Assembly: GCA_052168235.1 (NCBI GenBank)
Contig: JBQLZK010000011.1
Coordinates: 1-64,000 of the forward strand
DNA length: 64,000 nt
DNA from: Thainema sp.
GTDB lineage: Bacteria; Cyanobacteriota; Cyanobacteriia; Phormidesmidales; Phormidesmidaceae
Direction of reading: 5' to 3'
Under the pieces are notes generated by a model that was not told the origin of the DNA, did no database searches, and saw only the letters and a list, made by a program, of their open reading frames with translations. The translations under genes were made by a program, and so were the position numbers. Positions 18,400 to 29,086 of this stretch are shown in pieces. Each line of letters begins with the position of its first letter. The stretch's first letter is position 1.

Positions 18400-20307
18400 A
18401 TGCCCCCTATCCAGCAACTCATCTGGCAAATGATTCGCTATGCCCAGCGATTGTACTGGGTTGATACGCTGCTATGGCTGTTTATTCTAGGGCTGCCAGC
18501 GGTTCCAGGCATTTTGATTCGCGAATTTTTCAACAGTTTGACTGACCAAGCCAACGCGAGCGAGTCACCGTGGATCTGGATCAGTTTGCTACTCGCGACC
18601 GGATTAGCACGAGTCGTCGCCATTTTCACCGGACGCATTACCAAAACTCAGCACCGTTTTTTGATGAGCGGTCTGATTCGGCATAACCTGATGCATGAAC
18701 TGCTGAAACGTCCGGGTGCCGAGCTTGCTGCAGGCGGAGCTACAGGGAAAAAAGTGTCTCCTGGCGAAATTCTCAGTTATTTTCGCGATGATGCCTTCCA
18801 AATTGAAGATACCGTGGTTGGGACGAATGAGATCTTTGCATCTGCCGTCTTTGCCATCGGTTCAGTTGCATTGCTGCTCAGCGTTAGCCCAGCGATGACG
18901 CTGCTGGTGTTTCTCCCCCTCTGCGCGATCGCAGCTTTAGCCCATCAAGCTGAACATCGCCTCAAACGCTACCGTCGCGCCAGTCGGCAAGCCACCCAGC
19001 GGGTAACAGGCCTGATTGGCGAACTATTAAAGGCTGTTCAAGCCGTCAAGGTAGCCGGAGCCGAAGCCCAAATGCTGGACGAACTCGAAAAAAGGTGCGA
19101 TCGCAGACGTCACCTCATGGTACGCGATCAAGTTTTTAGCGCCATTCTCAACTCCGGCTTTGAAAATATCGTCAGCCTAGGTACAGGTCTTATCCTGCTG
19201 CTTGCCTCCCAAAGCCTTGGCGCTCAAGACCAGCTAACCGTTGGCGACTTCGCCCTGTTCGTTTACTATCTATCCTTCGTCACGAACTTCCTGGCATTTT
19301 TCGGCGGATTCCTGGCATCGATCAAGCAGAGTGAGGTGTCGTTCGAGCGGATGACGGATCTGGTCGGAGCAGGGGAGAGTGGAAGTAGGGGAGCGGAGGA
19401 GCAGGGGAGAGATAAGCTTCCTAATCTACTACCCACCCACCCATCGACCCATCGACCCATCCACCCATCCACCCATCCACCCACCTACCCCCTCACCCAC
19501 CCCCACCCTCTCTATCTCAAACCCATTTTCGGCGCTCAACCATCCTTACCCAAACCACCCTCGCCACCAACCCTAGAACCCTTCCAAGAACTGCGAGTTG
19601 AAGGACTAACTTACCGCTATCCCAACTGCGATCGCGGCATCACTGACATCAGCTTTACGCTCAAATCCGGCAGTTTAGTAGTCATTACTGGGCGGGTTGG
19701 TGCGGGTAAAACAACACTGTTACGGGTACTGCTGGGTCTGTTACCCAAACAATCCGGCTCGATTTTCTGGAATGGAAAACAGGTTCACGACCCAGCCAAT
19801 TTCTTTGTACCTCCGCGCACAGCTTACACCGCACAAATCCCCCAGCTCTTTAGTGCCTCGCTGCTGGATAACCTGCTATTGGGATTAGATGCCACTGTCA
19901 CGTCCGATCACCTAACACAAGCAATTGCTACTGCCGTTTTTGACCAGGATCTAGCAGCTTTACCTAACGGTTTAGAAACTCTAATTGGAACCCGTGGCTT
20001 CCGCCTTTCCGGTGGGCAAAAGCAGCGAGTTGCCGCCGCTCGTATGCTGCTACGTCAACCACAACTACTGGTGTTCGATGACCTATCTAGCGCACTGGAT
20101 GTCGAAACCGAACAGCGACTATGGCAGCGGCTGTTTGAAAGTAGAAGAATGAGAGAGTGGGAGAGTGAGAGCGTCGAAGATTCTAAAAAAACATCCAATT
20201 CCCTACCTATTCACCCATCTACTCATCCACCCACCTGCCTCATCGTTTCCCACCGACCTTCTGTTCTGAACCTAGCCGATCAGGTACTGCTGCTAGAATC
20301 GGGATAA
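18400..20307 (+). CDS. ABC transporter fused permease/ATPase (probable heterodimer half B)
   Basis: Walker A GRVGAGKT, LSGGQKQ, degenerate Walker B LLVFDDLS, SHRP; two in-frame repeat insertions. Confidence 0.9.
   Translation: MPPIQQLIWQMIRYAQRLYWVDTLLWLFILGLPAVPGILIREFFNSLTDQANASESPWIWISLLLATGLARVVAIFTGRITKTQHRFLMSGLIRHNLMHELLKRPGAELAAGGATGKKVSPGEILSYFRDDAFQIEDTVVGTNEIFASAVFAIGSVALLLSVSPAMTLLVFLPLCAIAALAHQAEHRLKRYRRASRQATQRVTGLIGELLKAVQAVKVAGAEAQMLDELEKRCDRRRHLMVRDQVFSAILNSGFENIVSLGTGLILLLASQSLGAQDQLTVGDFALFVYYLSFVTNFLAFFGGFLASIKQSEVSFERMTDLVGAGESGSRGAEEQGRDKLPNLLPTHPSTHRPIHPSTHPPTYPLTHPHPLYLKPIFGAQPSLPKPPSPPTLEPFQELRVEGLTYRYPNCDRGITDISFTLKSGSLVVITGRVGAGKTTLLRVLLGLLPKQSGSIFWNGKQVHDPANFFVPPRTAYTAQIPQLFSASLLDNLLLGLDATVTSDHLTQAIATAVFDQDLAALPNGLETLIGTRGFRLSGGQKQRVAAARMLLRQPQLLVFDDLSSALDVETEQRLWQRLFESRRMREWESESVEDSKKTSNSLPIHPSTHPPTCLIVSHRPSVLNLADQVLLLESG
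19366..19505. repeat. In-frame G-rich/C-rich octamer repeat insertion
   Basis: GGGGAGAGTGGAAGTAGGGG ... (ACCCATC[C/G]) x5. Confidence 0.8.
20140..20234. repeat. In-frame G-rich/C-rich repeat insertion inside the NBD
   Basis: GAGAGAGTGGGAGAGTGAGAG ... CACCCATCTACTCATCCACCCAC. Confidence 0.75.
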
Positions 20308-20697
20308 ATTATGACATTTCTAGGCGAGGGATTTGTAAAATCAGTCGCTGTAGATCCGTTTTTTTGTTGAATTGTCTGTCTAATCTTTGGTCAAAGCCAA
20401 ATATGACTACAGCTGTTTGAGTGCCAGTGAGGTTTTGGTTTGCGATCGCAGGTAGCCCCATCGCATTGGGATAAAGTAGCAATTCGTTATTGATCTAGTT
20501 GTTAGCGGGTAGGAATTACCGCTATAGATCAGCATCTGACCAATCTGTGGCGGTTGCGAAATTAAATCTGGATACGCGATCGAGGTCGCGACTTCGAAGG
20601 TATCTACTGGTTCCAGATGGCTTTCTATGTGAATCAAAGCAACTTTATCAATCTAAAATCCTAAGATTTTGGTTCGATAATCGCGCTTTATGCTTGA

Positions 20698-21543
20698 TTA
20701 AGCCTCTGCCATTAACTGATCCAGCTCTTTCTGCATCTGGCTGCGGGCCTGCTCATAGCAGCGATGCACGTAGTCTTTGTCATGGCTAGCCTCCTCACCA
20801 TAGTGCTCAAAGGTAATTGGCGCTCCAAAGCGAATGTGCATCGACTTTGGCCACGGAATATTGGGTAACGGGCCAAGGCCAATGCCCCAGGGCAAGCCCA
20901 AGTAAATTGGGAAGACTTCCGGATCAATACCAAACGGCCACGGCATCCCCAAGTCATGGAGCTGACGTACCTGCTCGTAAATATCGGCTAACACAATCAA
21001 CGTATCGTGTGCCCCTTTAGATACCAGCGGTACGATAGGGGCCTCTTGATGCAGCGCTAGCTTGATAAAGCCTTTATGTCCTGCAAAGCAAATGCGATCG
21101 CGCTTTTGATAGGGGCGAAATAGATCCTTTAGCCCACCGGGATACACCAAAACGGCAGCATCTCGTTGTAAAGCTGCGATCGCTAGTTCAGCACTGCTGG
21201 CCTGCACTGCACCACACTTAGATACGGCATTAGCCAGAAAAGGTGCTAGTTGCCACAGATAAGGATGCGCCAGCGCATAGGCAAGTCGCTCGGTACCAAA
21301 GTGGCGAAACCAGTCATATATCGCCATGTACATGTCCGGTGCCACCAGTCCGCCATTGTGGGAACCGACAACTAAGACTTTGCCGGATGGTGGAACGTGC
21401 TGCCAGCCATCACTCGTCACCTGAAAATAATGATGGTAGAACCATGTCCAAATTGGCATTAATGATGATTCGATAAATTGCGGATCTCGATCATCGAGTG
21501 ATAGTCCGTCTAGAGCTTGTTTGGAAGAGTTACTTGTATTCAT
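20698..21543 (-). CDS. DGAT2/PlsC-like acyltransferase (Slr2103-like)
   Basis: SLDDRDPQFI, VGSHNGG, VLVYPGG, GHKGFIKLA, PIVP. Confidence 0.8.
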   Translation of the reverse strand: MNTSNSSKQALDGLSLDDRDPQFIESSLMPIWTWFYHHYFQVTSDGWQHVPPSGKVLVVGSHNGGLVAPDMYMAIYDWFRHFGTERLAYALAHPYLWQLAPFLANAVSKCGAVQASSAELAIAALQRDAAVLVYPGGLKDLFRPYQKRDRICFAGHKGFIKLALHQEAPIVPLVSKGAHDTLIVLADIYEQVRQLHDLGMPWPFGIDPEVFPIYLGLPWGIGLGPLPNIPWPKSMHIRFGAPITFEHYGEEASHDKDYVHRCYEQARSQMQKELDQLMAEA

Positions 21544-21750
21544 CAGTTATGCTTATCCAGGAACGTCTGCTTTGCCCAAGCTTTTAAGGGCTGACACTGA
21601 TTCTCTACTTCGCAGTGACAATAGATCCAGGCTAGCAGCAGGCCAAGTGCGATCGCACTTCCAATCCCGATGGGCTGATTCACATACCCAAATGCCATTC
21701 CACCACAAAACAGCACCAGAACCTATCATTCTTCCTGTAATTAGAGCATC

Positions 21751-22302
21751 ATGAGCAACATCCTATTTCCGCCGCTCGATACACCTCGGCTGCATCTCCG
21801 CACCCTCCATGTCGATGATGTTGAGTTCATCTACCGCCATTTTGCAAATCCTGAAGTCAATCAATTTTTGCTAGATGAAGCACCTATTCATTCTTTAGAG
21901 CAGGCCCAGGCAATTGTCGATTTCTTTGTGCATCCCACAGACGACACGTACACCCGCTGGGTGCTGATCGACAAAATAAACGGCAAACCGATTGGCACCT
22001 GTGGATTTCACAAGTGGAATCGGCGCAACCATCGGGCTGAAATTGGCTACGATTTAACGCCCTCAGCGTGGGGTCAGGGCTATATGCGCGAAGCCTTGAC
22101 TGCAATGCTTAAGCATGGCTTTACACGTATGGAACTTAATCGCGTTGAAGCGCTGGTCTATCCCGAAAATACGGCCTCTCTGAAATTACTCAAGAAGTTC
22201 AACTTTCAGCCAGAAGGTTTGTTGCGGGACTACTTTTATCAAGATGGCCAGTATTACGATCACTGGCTTCTGTCTCTCTTGAGGGCAGAGGTAGAACTGT
22301 GA
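21751..22302 (+). CDS. GNAT N-acetyltransferase, RimJ/RimL family
   Basis: TPRLHLR, AEIGYDL..WGQGYM.EAL, NTASLKLL. Confidence 0.88.
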   Translation: MSNILFPPLDTPRLHLRTLHVDDVEFIYRHFANPEVNQFLLDEAPIHSLEQAQAIVDFFVHPTDDTYTRWVLIDKINGKPIGTCGFHKWNRRNHRAEIGYDLTPSAWGQGYMREALTAMLKHGFTRMELNRVEALVYPENTASLKLLKKFNFQPEGLLRDYFYQDGQYYDHWLLSLLRAEVEL

Positions 22303-22802
22303 TTACGCTTAGTTTGCTCTCCCCGGACAGATTAGTAATGTTACGCCGCAAGTAGAGGGATATATAGCTAGTATCTATTTCAAGTGTAAAGAAAGCGTGA
22401 GGAAGGCCAGCCTTGGCTCAATGCGACTAGATTTTTAACGATTATTACTGTTTCGTTTAATAAGTATAGCCAGTTTATAGTTATTGTCTTATGCTAAATT
22501 AAGGTCAAAATTTGAAAAGTCTCCGGACAAATCTCAAGTTTAGATTTTGATGACGGTAATCTAAGTCTATTGATTACTCAATTCTAATTGCTCAAATTTG
22601 AGGCAATTTTCAGAAGTTTGTAATAGGTGGTATTTTTTGTATTGCATCACCTCTGCGACTAAAAAGGCTATCTACACTACCACCTCAATGACAATAATTA
22701 AAGCGGCTTTTAATCATCACTAAATTCCTGATGATAGGCATTCTGTTGGGCTGAAAACGGGTTCACTAGTACTGACTTGCTGTGGTTTAAGGGGAGTGCG
22801 CG

Positions 22803-23471
22803 ATGTGTTTTTCTGCGTCTGTCAGCTTTGCGGCGAGTGCCGTGCTAATTCCCGCCGGACTGTACTGCCTTAAAGCGACCGCTTCTAATGAAGCCTATTG
22901 GCCTCTAGCTTTTGCTCCTTTGGCTTTTGGGCTACAGCAGGGATTTGAGGGAATGGTCTGGCTGGGCATCAATTCTAATGCCCCAGAACTCATGCGGTTG
23001 GGCGCACTGGCTTTTTTATTCTTTTCACACTGTTTTTGGCTAATTTGGCCATCCTTTATAGCGTTGCGTCTTGAAGATGACCCAACGATTGAAGCTCTAT
23101 GTAGATTCTGCATGGTGGTCGGAATTTTGTATGGAGCCGTGCTGTATCTACCGCTATTAATTAATGCCAATTGGCTGTCGGTAGCGGTGGTTCATCGGTC
23201 GATTGAATATCAAGCCCAGTTTGTTGGTGATGCTGTGCCTATGTTGCTATCTCGCCTACTGTATGCCTCTACTATTCTGGTGCCATTGTTGATGTCGTCC
23301 CGACTGGAGATTAGAATTTGGGGCATTCTAATCACCTTATTCGCTTTGATTAGCTTGCTGTTGTTTAACTATGCTTTTGTCTCGGTATGGTGCTTCTTCG
23401 CGGCACTTTTATCGCTCTATATCACGCATGTGATCTTGAAAGCGACTCCGACTTGGTCAGAGCAGTCATAA
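22803..23471 (+). CDS. Multi-pass membrane protein (MCFSA N-terminus, DUF6629-like)
   Basis: MCFSASVSF, QQGFEG.VW, SVWCFFAA. Confidence 0.75.
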   Translation: MCFSASVSFAASAVLIPAGLYCLKATASNEAYWPLAFAPLAFGLQQGFEGMVWLGINSNAPELMRLGALAFLFFSHCFWLIWPSFIALRLEDDPTIEALCRFCMVVGILYGAVLYLPLLINANWLSVAVVHRSIEYQAQFVGDAVPMLLSRLLYASTILVPLLMSSRLEIRIWGILITLFALISLLLFNYAFVSVWCFFAALLSLYITHVILKATPTWSEQS

Positions 23472-23474
23472 GGC

Positions 23475-24413
23475 ATGGATCATGAGGGCTGGGTTATGAG
23501 AATCGTCTACTCTCGTATGCGTCTGATTAGTTTAGCGTTGCTGCTGGGCACTCTCTTGGTTGTGAGCTGTCGCTCAACGCCAACGGATTCCTCCGACCGT
23601 AGCACTCTCCGCATTGTGGTCAGTATTCCGCCCCAAGCTTACTTTGTTGATCGGATTGGAGGCGACGCCGTCACGGTCGAAACGATGGTGCCTGCTGGGG
23701 TAGAACCGCATACCTATGAGCCAAAGCCCGACCAGCTTAAAGCCATCAGTCAGGCTGATGTTTATCTGCGAATTCGGGTTGATTTTGAAGATGCCTGGCT
23801 GGATCGGTTTCTGGCAGCCAATTCTCAGATGCAGGTTGTGGACACCACCGCAGGGATCGAACGCTGGCCGTTGCCCGCTGGTCTGGACGCGCATGGGACA
23901 GAGACAGCGGTTCCGCAAAACCTCGAAGGACAGGTTGATCCGCACGTCTGGCTGTCGCCCCGACTGGTTAAGGTGCAGGCTGAAATCATTGCCGATACCC
24001 TGAGCCAACTCGACCCGGATCAGGCGAGCCAATTTGAGGCCAATTTGGATGATTTTCTCCAAGATATCGATCGGCTGGATGCTGACATTCACCAAACGTT
24101 AGAGGGTGTCACCAACCGACAGTTTCTTGTCTTTCATCCGGCCTGGGGATACTTTGCGCGGGACTATGATCTACAGATGTTGGCCATTGAAGTGGGCGGG
24201 CAGGAACCGAGTGCAGCAGAACTCGCTGACCTGGTGCGGTTTGCCCAACAGCATCAAATCAAAGTCATTTTTGCGTCGCCCCAGTTCAGCCAGCGAGATG
24301 CGACCACAATTGCGCAGGAAATTGGCGGCGAGGTGCTGCTGATTGACCCCCTTGCCTACGATTGGTTCAACAACCTGCAACAGGTGGCTGCGACCTTCGC
24401 AAACGCGCTCTAG
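23475..24413 (+). CDS. znuA: Zinc ABC transporter substrate-binding lipoprotein
   Basis: Lipobox VVSC; EPHTYEP, DPHVWLSP, FHPAWGYF. Confidence 0.85.
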   Translation: MDHEGWVMRIVYSRMRLISLALLLGTLLVVSCRSTPTDSSDRSTLRIVVSIPPQAYFVDRIGGDAVTVETMVPAGVEPHTYEPKPDQLKAISQADVYLRIRVDFEDAWLDRFLAANSQMQVVDTTAGIERWPLPAGLDAHGTETAVPQNLEGQVDPHVWLSPRLVKVQAEIIADTLSQLDPDQASQFEANLDDFLQDIDRLDADIHQTLEGVTNRQFLVFHPAWGYFARDYDLQMLAIEVGGQEPSAAELADLVRFAQQHQIKVIFASPQFSQRDATTIAQEIGGEVLLIDPLAYDWFNNLQQVAATFANAL

Positions 24414-24421
24414 CTCTGACT

Positions 24422-25246
24422 ATGCAGTACTCTATTTCTCTCTCCGATCCCTTGCCACTGCCTCAATCTGTCCCTGTGATTGCGGTCAATCAGGTATGGG
24501 CAGGATACGACCAGGAAGCCGTCCTAGAGGATATTAGTCTGACGGTGCGAGAGGGGGATTTTATTGGGCTGATTGGCCCGAACGGTGGGGGCAAAACGAC
24601 GTTTTTCAAAATTTTGTTGGGGCTGCTGACTCCCTGGCGGGGCACGGTGCGGATTATGGGGGGGACGGTGCAGCAGGGGCGGCGCTATGTCGGCTATGTG
24701 CCGCAGCATTTAGAGTGCGATCGCAGTTTTCCAATTACCGTTTGGGAAGTGACCATGATGGGGCGGTTGGGACACCGCCGCTTGCTCCAGCGCTACACCC
24801 AGGAGGATGAAAAGTGGGTCACCCAAGCACTAGAAAGCGTAGGTCTGCTGGCTCTGCGACAGCGGGCTGTTGGCACCCTTTCCGGCGGACAGCGGAAACG
24901 AGCCTTTATTGCTAGGGCATTGGCCACCGACCCCAAAATTTTGCTGCTGGATGAGCCGATGGCCAGCATTGATCCCCATATGGAATCCCATATGTATGAA
25001 CTGCTCAAAGAGCTGAACCAGCATCTGACGATTTTGATGATTTCCCACGACATTGGTGCGATCGCAGCTTGCGTCAAGACCGTTGGCTGCCTCAACCGCA
25101 AGCTTTACTACCACGGCGAAAAGCAAATCACTCCCGAAATGCTGGAAATGGTTTACGAATGTCCCGTCGATCTGATTGCCCACGGTGTTCCCCACCGCGT
25201 TTTTGCCCAACATGCTGCCGAACAATCTCAGGACAACCAGCCATGA
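24422..25246 (+). CDS. znuC: Zinc ABC transporter ATPase
   Basis: GPNGGGKT, LSGGQ, LLLDEP, SHD, HGVPHRV tail. Confidence 0.85.
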   Translation: MQYSISLSDPLPLPQSVPVIAVNQVWAGYDQEAVLEDISLTVREGDFIGLIGPNGGGKTTFFKILLGLLTPWRGTVRIMGGTVQQGRRYVGYVPQHLECDRSFPITVWEVTMMGRLGHRRLLQRYTQEDEKWVTQALESVGLLALRQRAVGTLSGGQRKRAFIARALATDPKILLLDEPMASIDPHMESHMYELLKELNQHLTILMISHDIGAIAACVKTVGCLNRKLYYHGEKQITPEMLEMVYECPVDLIAHGVPHRVFAQHAAEQSQDNQP

Positions 25247-26073
25247 TTGAAGCTTTACAGTTCGACTTTATGCGCAACGCCCTAATTGCCGGAGTGCTGG
25301 TCAGCTTGGCCTGCGGTATTGTTGGCACCTTTGTGGTGATTAACCGCATTGTCTTTGTCAGTGGCGGCATTGCCCATGCAGCTTATGGCGGCATTGGCTT
25401 GGGCTATTTCTTTCAGTTCAATCCCATTATTGGGGCGATTGTGTTCAGCGTGGGAGCGGCTCTGGCGATGGGCATGGTGGAGCGACACACCCACCAGCGT
25501 ACAGACACTATCATCGGCGTCATCTGGGCTATGGGCATGGCGATCGGCATCATTTTGGTGGATCTGGCTAAAGGGTACAAAGCCGACCTGATGAGCTATC
25601 TATTTGGCAGCATTTTGGCCGTACCTGCCCGCGATCTATGGATTATGTTTGTCCTGGATCTGATCATCCTGGTGTTGGTCATTCTGTTTTATAAGGAGCT
25701 ACTGGCCATTTCGTTTGATGAACTGTTCGCCACAGTCGTCAATGTACCCGTCAACGCCATCTATTTGACGCTGATGTGCCTGATCGCGCTTACTGTGGTG
25801 ATGATGATGCGCGTGGTGGGGCTGATTATGGTGATTGCACTGCTGACGATGCCCGCTGCCATTAGTAACCAATTCGTGAGTAACATGAAGAAAATGATGG
25901 TGCTGGCTAGCCTGCTGGGTGTATTGTTCACCACCACTGGGCTGTGGCTGTCGTACAGCCTTAATCTCACCTCTGGAGCCACTATTATTCTGATTGCCGG
26001 TTTGGCTTACCTGCTCAGCATGACGGTGGCTCCCATTAAAGCTCGGCTCCAGGGCCACCGACAGTCTAGATAA
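25243..26073 (+). CDS. znuB: Zinc ABC transporter permease
   Basis: GIAHAAYGG, YLFGSI, SFDE.FA; overlaps znuC stop (ATGA). Confidence 0.85.
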   Translation: MIEALQFDFMRNALIAGVLVSLACGIVGTFVVINRIVFVSGGIAHAAYGGIGLGYFFQFNPIIGAIVFSVGAALAMGMVERHTHQRTDTIIGVIWAMGMAIGIILVDLAKGYKADLMSYLFGSILAVPARDLWIMFVLDLIILVLVILFYKELLAISFDELFATVVNVPVNAIYLTLMCLIALTVVMMMRVVGLIMVIALLTMPAAISNQFVSNMKKMMVLASLLGVLFTTTGLWLSYSLNLTSGATIILIAGLAYLLSMTVAPIKARLQGHRQSR

Positions 26074-26418
26074 CAAAGGTTGAAGTTCAGATGTTGCTGC
26101 ACGCGAAACTTCATAACAGAAACTTTCAGAATGCAGTTGTCAACTGCTGCATCACCTAGGCTAGAAAGTAGGTGGACTCCTGCGTCTGACTCCGAACCGA
26201 AAAGAAATATGGAGATCTGTATTGCGCTAATTGGAGGAGCGCTGAAGGGGTTGTTGCGTACTTTGGCTATGTAAGATCAAGTCCGTGTATATGAACCCTG
26301 TTTATTTTTTGTGAAAGGCTGGCTTAGACAGCCTTTCACAAAAAATAAACAATGGGTTTTTAACCGGATTGCATATCAGTTGATAGTAGAGATCGCAGCA
26401 CCCATTCAAAATGTCGCT

Positions 26419-27609
26419 ATGGGAAGCAACAAGAAACGAATTGGTATTCTTACTAGCGGTGGCGATTGTCCAGGACTGAATGCGGTCATTCGAGCCGTAG
26501 TGAAATGCGCCACTCATAGAGGTTGGGACGTTTACGGCATTCCCTATGGTACTGATGGGTTTATTCAGGTGAGTGAAGGCCACTTCCAGCCCCAGGATTT
26601 GCTCCTCACGGAGCATGGCTATGATTTGCCGGGGGTATTGCAGGGGATTGATGTCCTGCAGTTTTTAAGCGGGAGTGTATTGGGTTCGTTAAGTAAGGGT
26701 CATCCAGAAATCCCAGGTATCACGGTTAAAATCCTGGCGGGCTATGAGCAGATGCATCTGGACGCAGTGATTGCTATTGGAGGAGATGGCAGTCTGCGTA
26801 TTATCTACGATCTAGCTCAGTTGGGCGGTTGGAACTTCATTGCCATTCCCAAGACTATCGATAATGATGTTCCCTTTACCGAACAATCTATTGGGTTTAG
26901 CACAGCGGTTGAAACCGTAACGGCTTGTCTCTATGACCTCACGTTCACCGCTGCTAGCCATGATCGGATTATGGTGGTTCAGGTGATGGGGCGGGATGCG
27001 GGGCATCTGGCGCTGCATGCAGGAATTGCGGGTGGAGCAGACATCATTCTGCTGCCGGAACTTGTCCCCAGACTAATTCCTGTCGTGATTTATCAAATGT
27101 GCGATCGCATTGCTGATATGCGCCAGAAAGGTCGTCGCTTTGCCCTCGTGGTAATTGCTGAAGGAGTGAAAACGGCCACTGGAGAAAAGGACAAATGTAT
27201 CGCTGAATATCTGGCTGAGCAAATCAAGCAGCACGGAAAGCACCTGTGCGGTTCCGGTGAGAAACGCTACTGTGAGTTGGATCAAATTGAAACCCGTTCA
27301 ACGGTATTAGGACACATTCAGCGCTCAGGTACACCCGTTGCCTTTGATCGTCTGCTCGCCTCTGCCTTTGGGAAAAAAGCGGTCGATCTGATTGCCGCTG
27401 AGCATTATGGTCAACTGGTAGCCTGGGAAGCCGGGCAAGTTCGAGGAAAACCTTTAGATCAGGTGATTCAGGTCATTAAAGAACGACACCTGAAGCAGAT
27501 CTGTCCCAGTCCAGTCAACCCTCATAGCACGATGGTACAAGTGGCCACGTCGTTAGGAATTTATCTGGGGGATTCGGCCTACCTTGCCCATTTAATGGAT
27601 AGGGATTAA
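26419..27609 (+). CDS. pfkA: ATP-dependent 6-phosphofructokinase
   Basis: [39 protein letters not shown]. Confidence 0.92.
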   Translation: MGSNKKRIGILTSGGDCPGLNAVIRAVVKCATHRGWDVYGIPYGTDGFIQVSEGHFQPQDLLLTEHGYDLPGVLQGIDVLQFLSGSVLGSLSKGHPEIPGITVKILAGYEQMHLDAVIAIGGDGSLRIIYDLAQLGGWNFIAIPKTIDNDVPFTEQSIGFSTAVETVTACLYDLTFTAASHDRIMVVQVMGRDAGHLALHAGIAGGADIILLPELVPRLIPVVIYQMCDRIADMRQKGRRFALVVIAEGVKTATGEKDKCIAEYLAEQIKQHGKHLCGSGEKRYCELDQIETRSTVLGHIQRSGTPVAFDRLLASAFGKKAVDLIAAEHYGQLVAWEAGQVRGKPLDQVIQVIKERHLKQICPSPVNPHSTMVQVATSLGIYLGDSAYLAHLMDRD

Positions 27610-27644
27610 ACACATCAAAAAGCCTCTAAAAAAGGAGATTAGTT

Positions 27645-28244
27645 ATGCTAAATCGATTTAAAGGCACAGTTCTGTATCTGCTCGCCATTTGCGGTCTGTT
27701 AGGTAGCTTCACCATTGGGCTGGGGCTGAAGTCGCTAGCCCAGACTCAGGAGACACTTTCACCGATCGCGTTAATTAACATTGTCAAGTACTACACGGGC
27801 CTACCGCACCAGGACAGAGCCATTTGGCTGCTGCAAAGCCAAATTGATAAGATGCAGCCGGAACTCTTGGCCGCTGATTCTATTATGGCGAATGTGTGGC
27901 GAGATTCTGAAACCCTAGCGGGTCATGTGAACATTTTGGCAAACATCCCCGCTGCCAACCGTACTGGAGCCGACCCGCTGGAACTTGCGATCGCAACTGC
28001 CAATCTGCGTCCAGCAGCTCCAGTTGATATCGAACTACTCTCTGGTCCAAACGTTGAATCGCCCGACCAGGTAATGGTCACGGTCACGACTGGTGGCCTT
28101 TTGGATGATTCTCTGGCCGGGATTCGCTATCGGTTTGATATGCAGCGACAAAATAACCAGTGGACTATTCAGCGGGCAGGACGGCAGTACCGCTGCCAAC
28201 CGGGACGAGGCCATCAGGATTGGTCGGATGAAACCTGCATTTAG
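27645..28244 (+). CDS. Exported hypothetical protein
   Basis: AAGGAG RBS, signal peptide, C-terminal DDS...RCQPGRGHQDWS..C. Confidence 0.75.
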   Translation: MLNRFKGTVLYLLAICGLLGSFTIGLGLKSLAQTQETLSPIALINIVKYYTGLPHQDRAIWLLQSQIDKMQPELLAADSIMANVWRDSETLAGHVNILANIPAANRTGADPLELAIATANLRPAAPVDIELLSGPNVESPDQVMVTVTTGGLLDDSLAGIRYRFDMQRQNNQWTIQRAGRQYRCQPGRGHQDWSDETCI

Positions 28245-28277
28245 GCTAAGTTAATCAGTTGTCCAGTTGTCACATCA

Positions 28278-28697
28278 TTACGACAGCATAACTGGCTGCA
28301 TCATCCACTGGAATGCCAACAGGTTGAGCAATAAACCAACAACAAATAATACGCTCACCAGGGCGATTTGATACCACTCCACGGGTTTAACTCGCAGGTC
28401 GAGCGCAACGTGCAGAAAGTTCATCACCGTATAGAACAAACTCAGCCCAAAGTGAATAGCCCGGTAGAGGGGAGAAACATTCAATGCCGTCAGAGTAATC
28501 ATCACCATTGGGATGATGAAGAACCCCAACATGGCCCACAGATGAGAGATGGGAGTTTTGCCGTGGGCATGGGGCATCGCTACCTCGGAGCCGTATAGCA
28601 GCGGGATGAGCGCGAGCTGGGTATGAAACACCGTGCCAAATAGGAATACGGTCCAAAGAGCGATAATTTGGGCTTGTAGCGACAGGGTGATCGTCAT
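28278..28697 (-). CDS. Four-TM membrane protein, unknown function
   Basis: Four hydrophobic segments; GAGG RBS. Confidence 0.7.
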   Translation of the reverse strand: MTITLSLQAQIIALWTVFLFGTVFHTQLALIPLLYGSEVAMPHAHGKTPISHLWAMLGFFIIPMVMITLTALNVSPLYRAIHFGLSLFYTVMNFLHVALDLRVKPVEWYQIALVSVLFVVGLLLNLLAFQWMMQPVMLS

Positions 28698-28839
28698 GGC
28701 TTTTTTTCACCTCTGTAGACATGTTCTAAGTTTATTATCGCTCAGTTTTTAGGTACGGTTTTCACCTTAAGGGAATTTGTTTATCTCCTTTAAATTTGTT
28801 CTCTTACAGCTCTATATATGGCCATAGTCATATTGGTTA

Positions 28840-28880
28840 GACCATTTTTGTGCGCGGCTTCGCCGCGCACAAAAATGGTC
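28840..28880. repeat. Palindromic dispersed repeat
   Basis: GACCATTTTTGTGCGCGGC-TTC-GCCGCGCACAAAAATGGTC perfect 19-bp stem. Confidence 0.8.
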
Positions 28881-29086
28881 GCATCCTAACTCAGTTCCTC
28901 ATCGATTTAATATTGCTGTAAACGGGTTATGTAAACCTATTTTTATTCCAGGCTATCCTCTTCTAAAAACTTCCTAAAATAAGATTAGGACTGTCTATTT
29001 ATCGACTTCTCAGCTTAAAGAAACAAATTGTTTTCTCTATAGGCTCTGCTGAAGTCCTCACCGACTCTATTGGGAGGTTCAGCGCC

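Noticed and set aside
20407..20637. 76-aa minus-strand ORF downstream of the acyltransferase
   Set aside because: No recognisable motif; cannot be supported.
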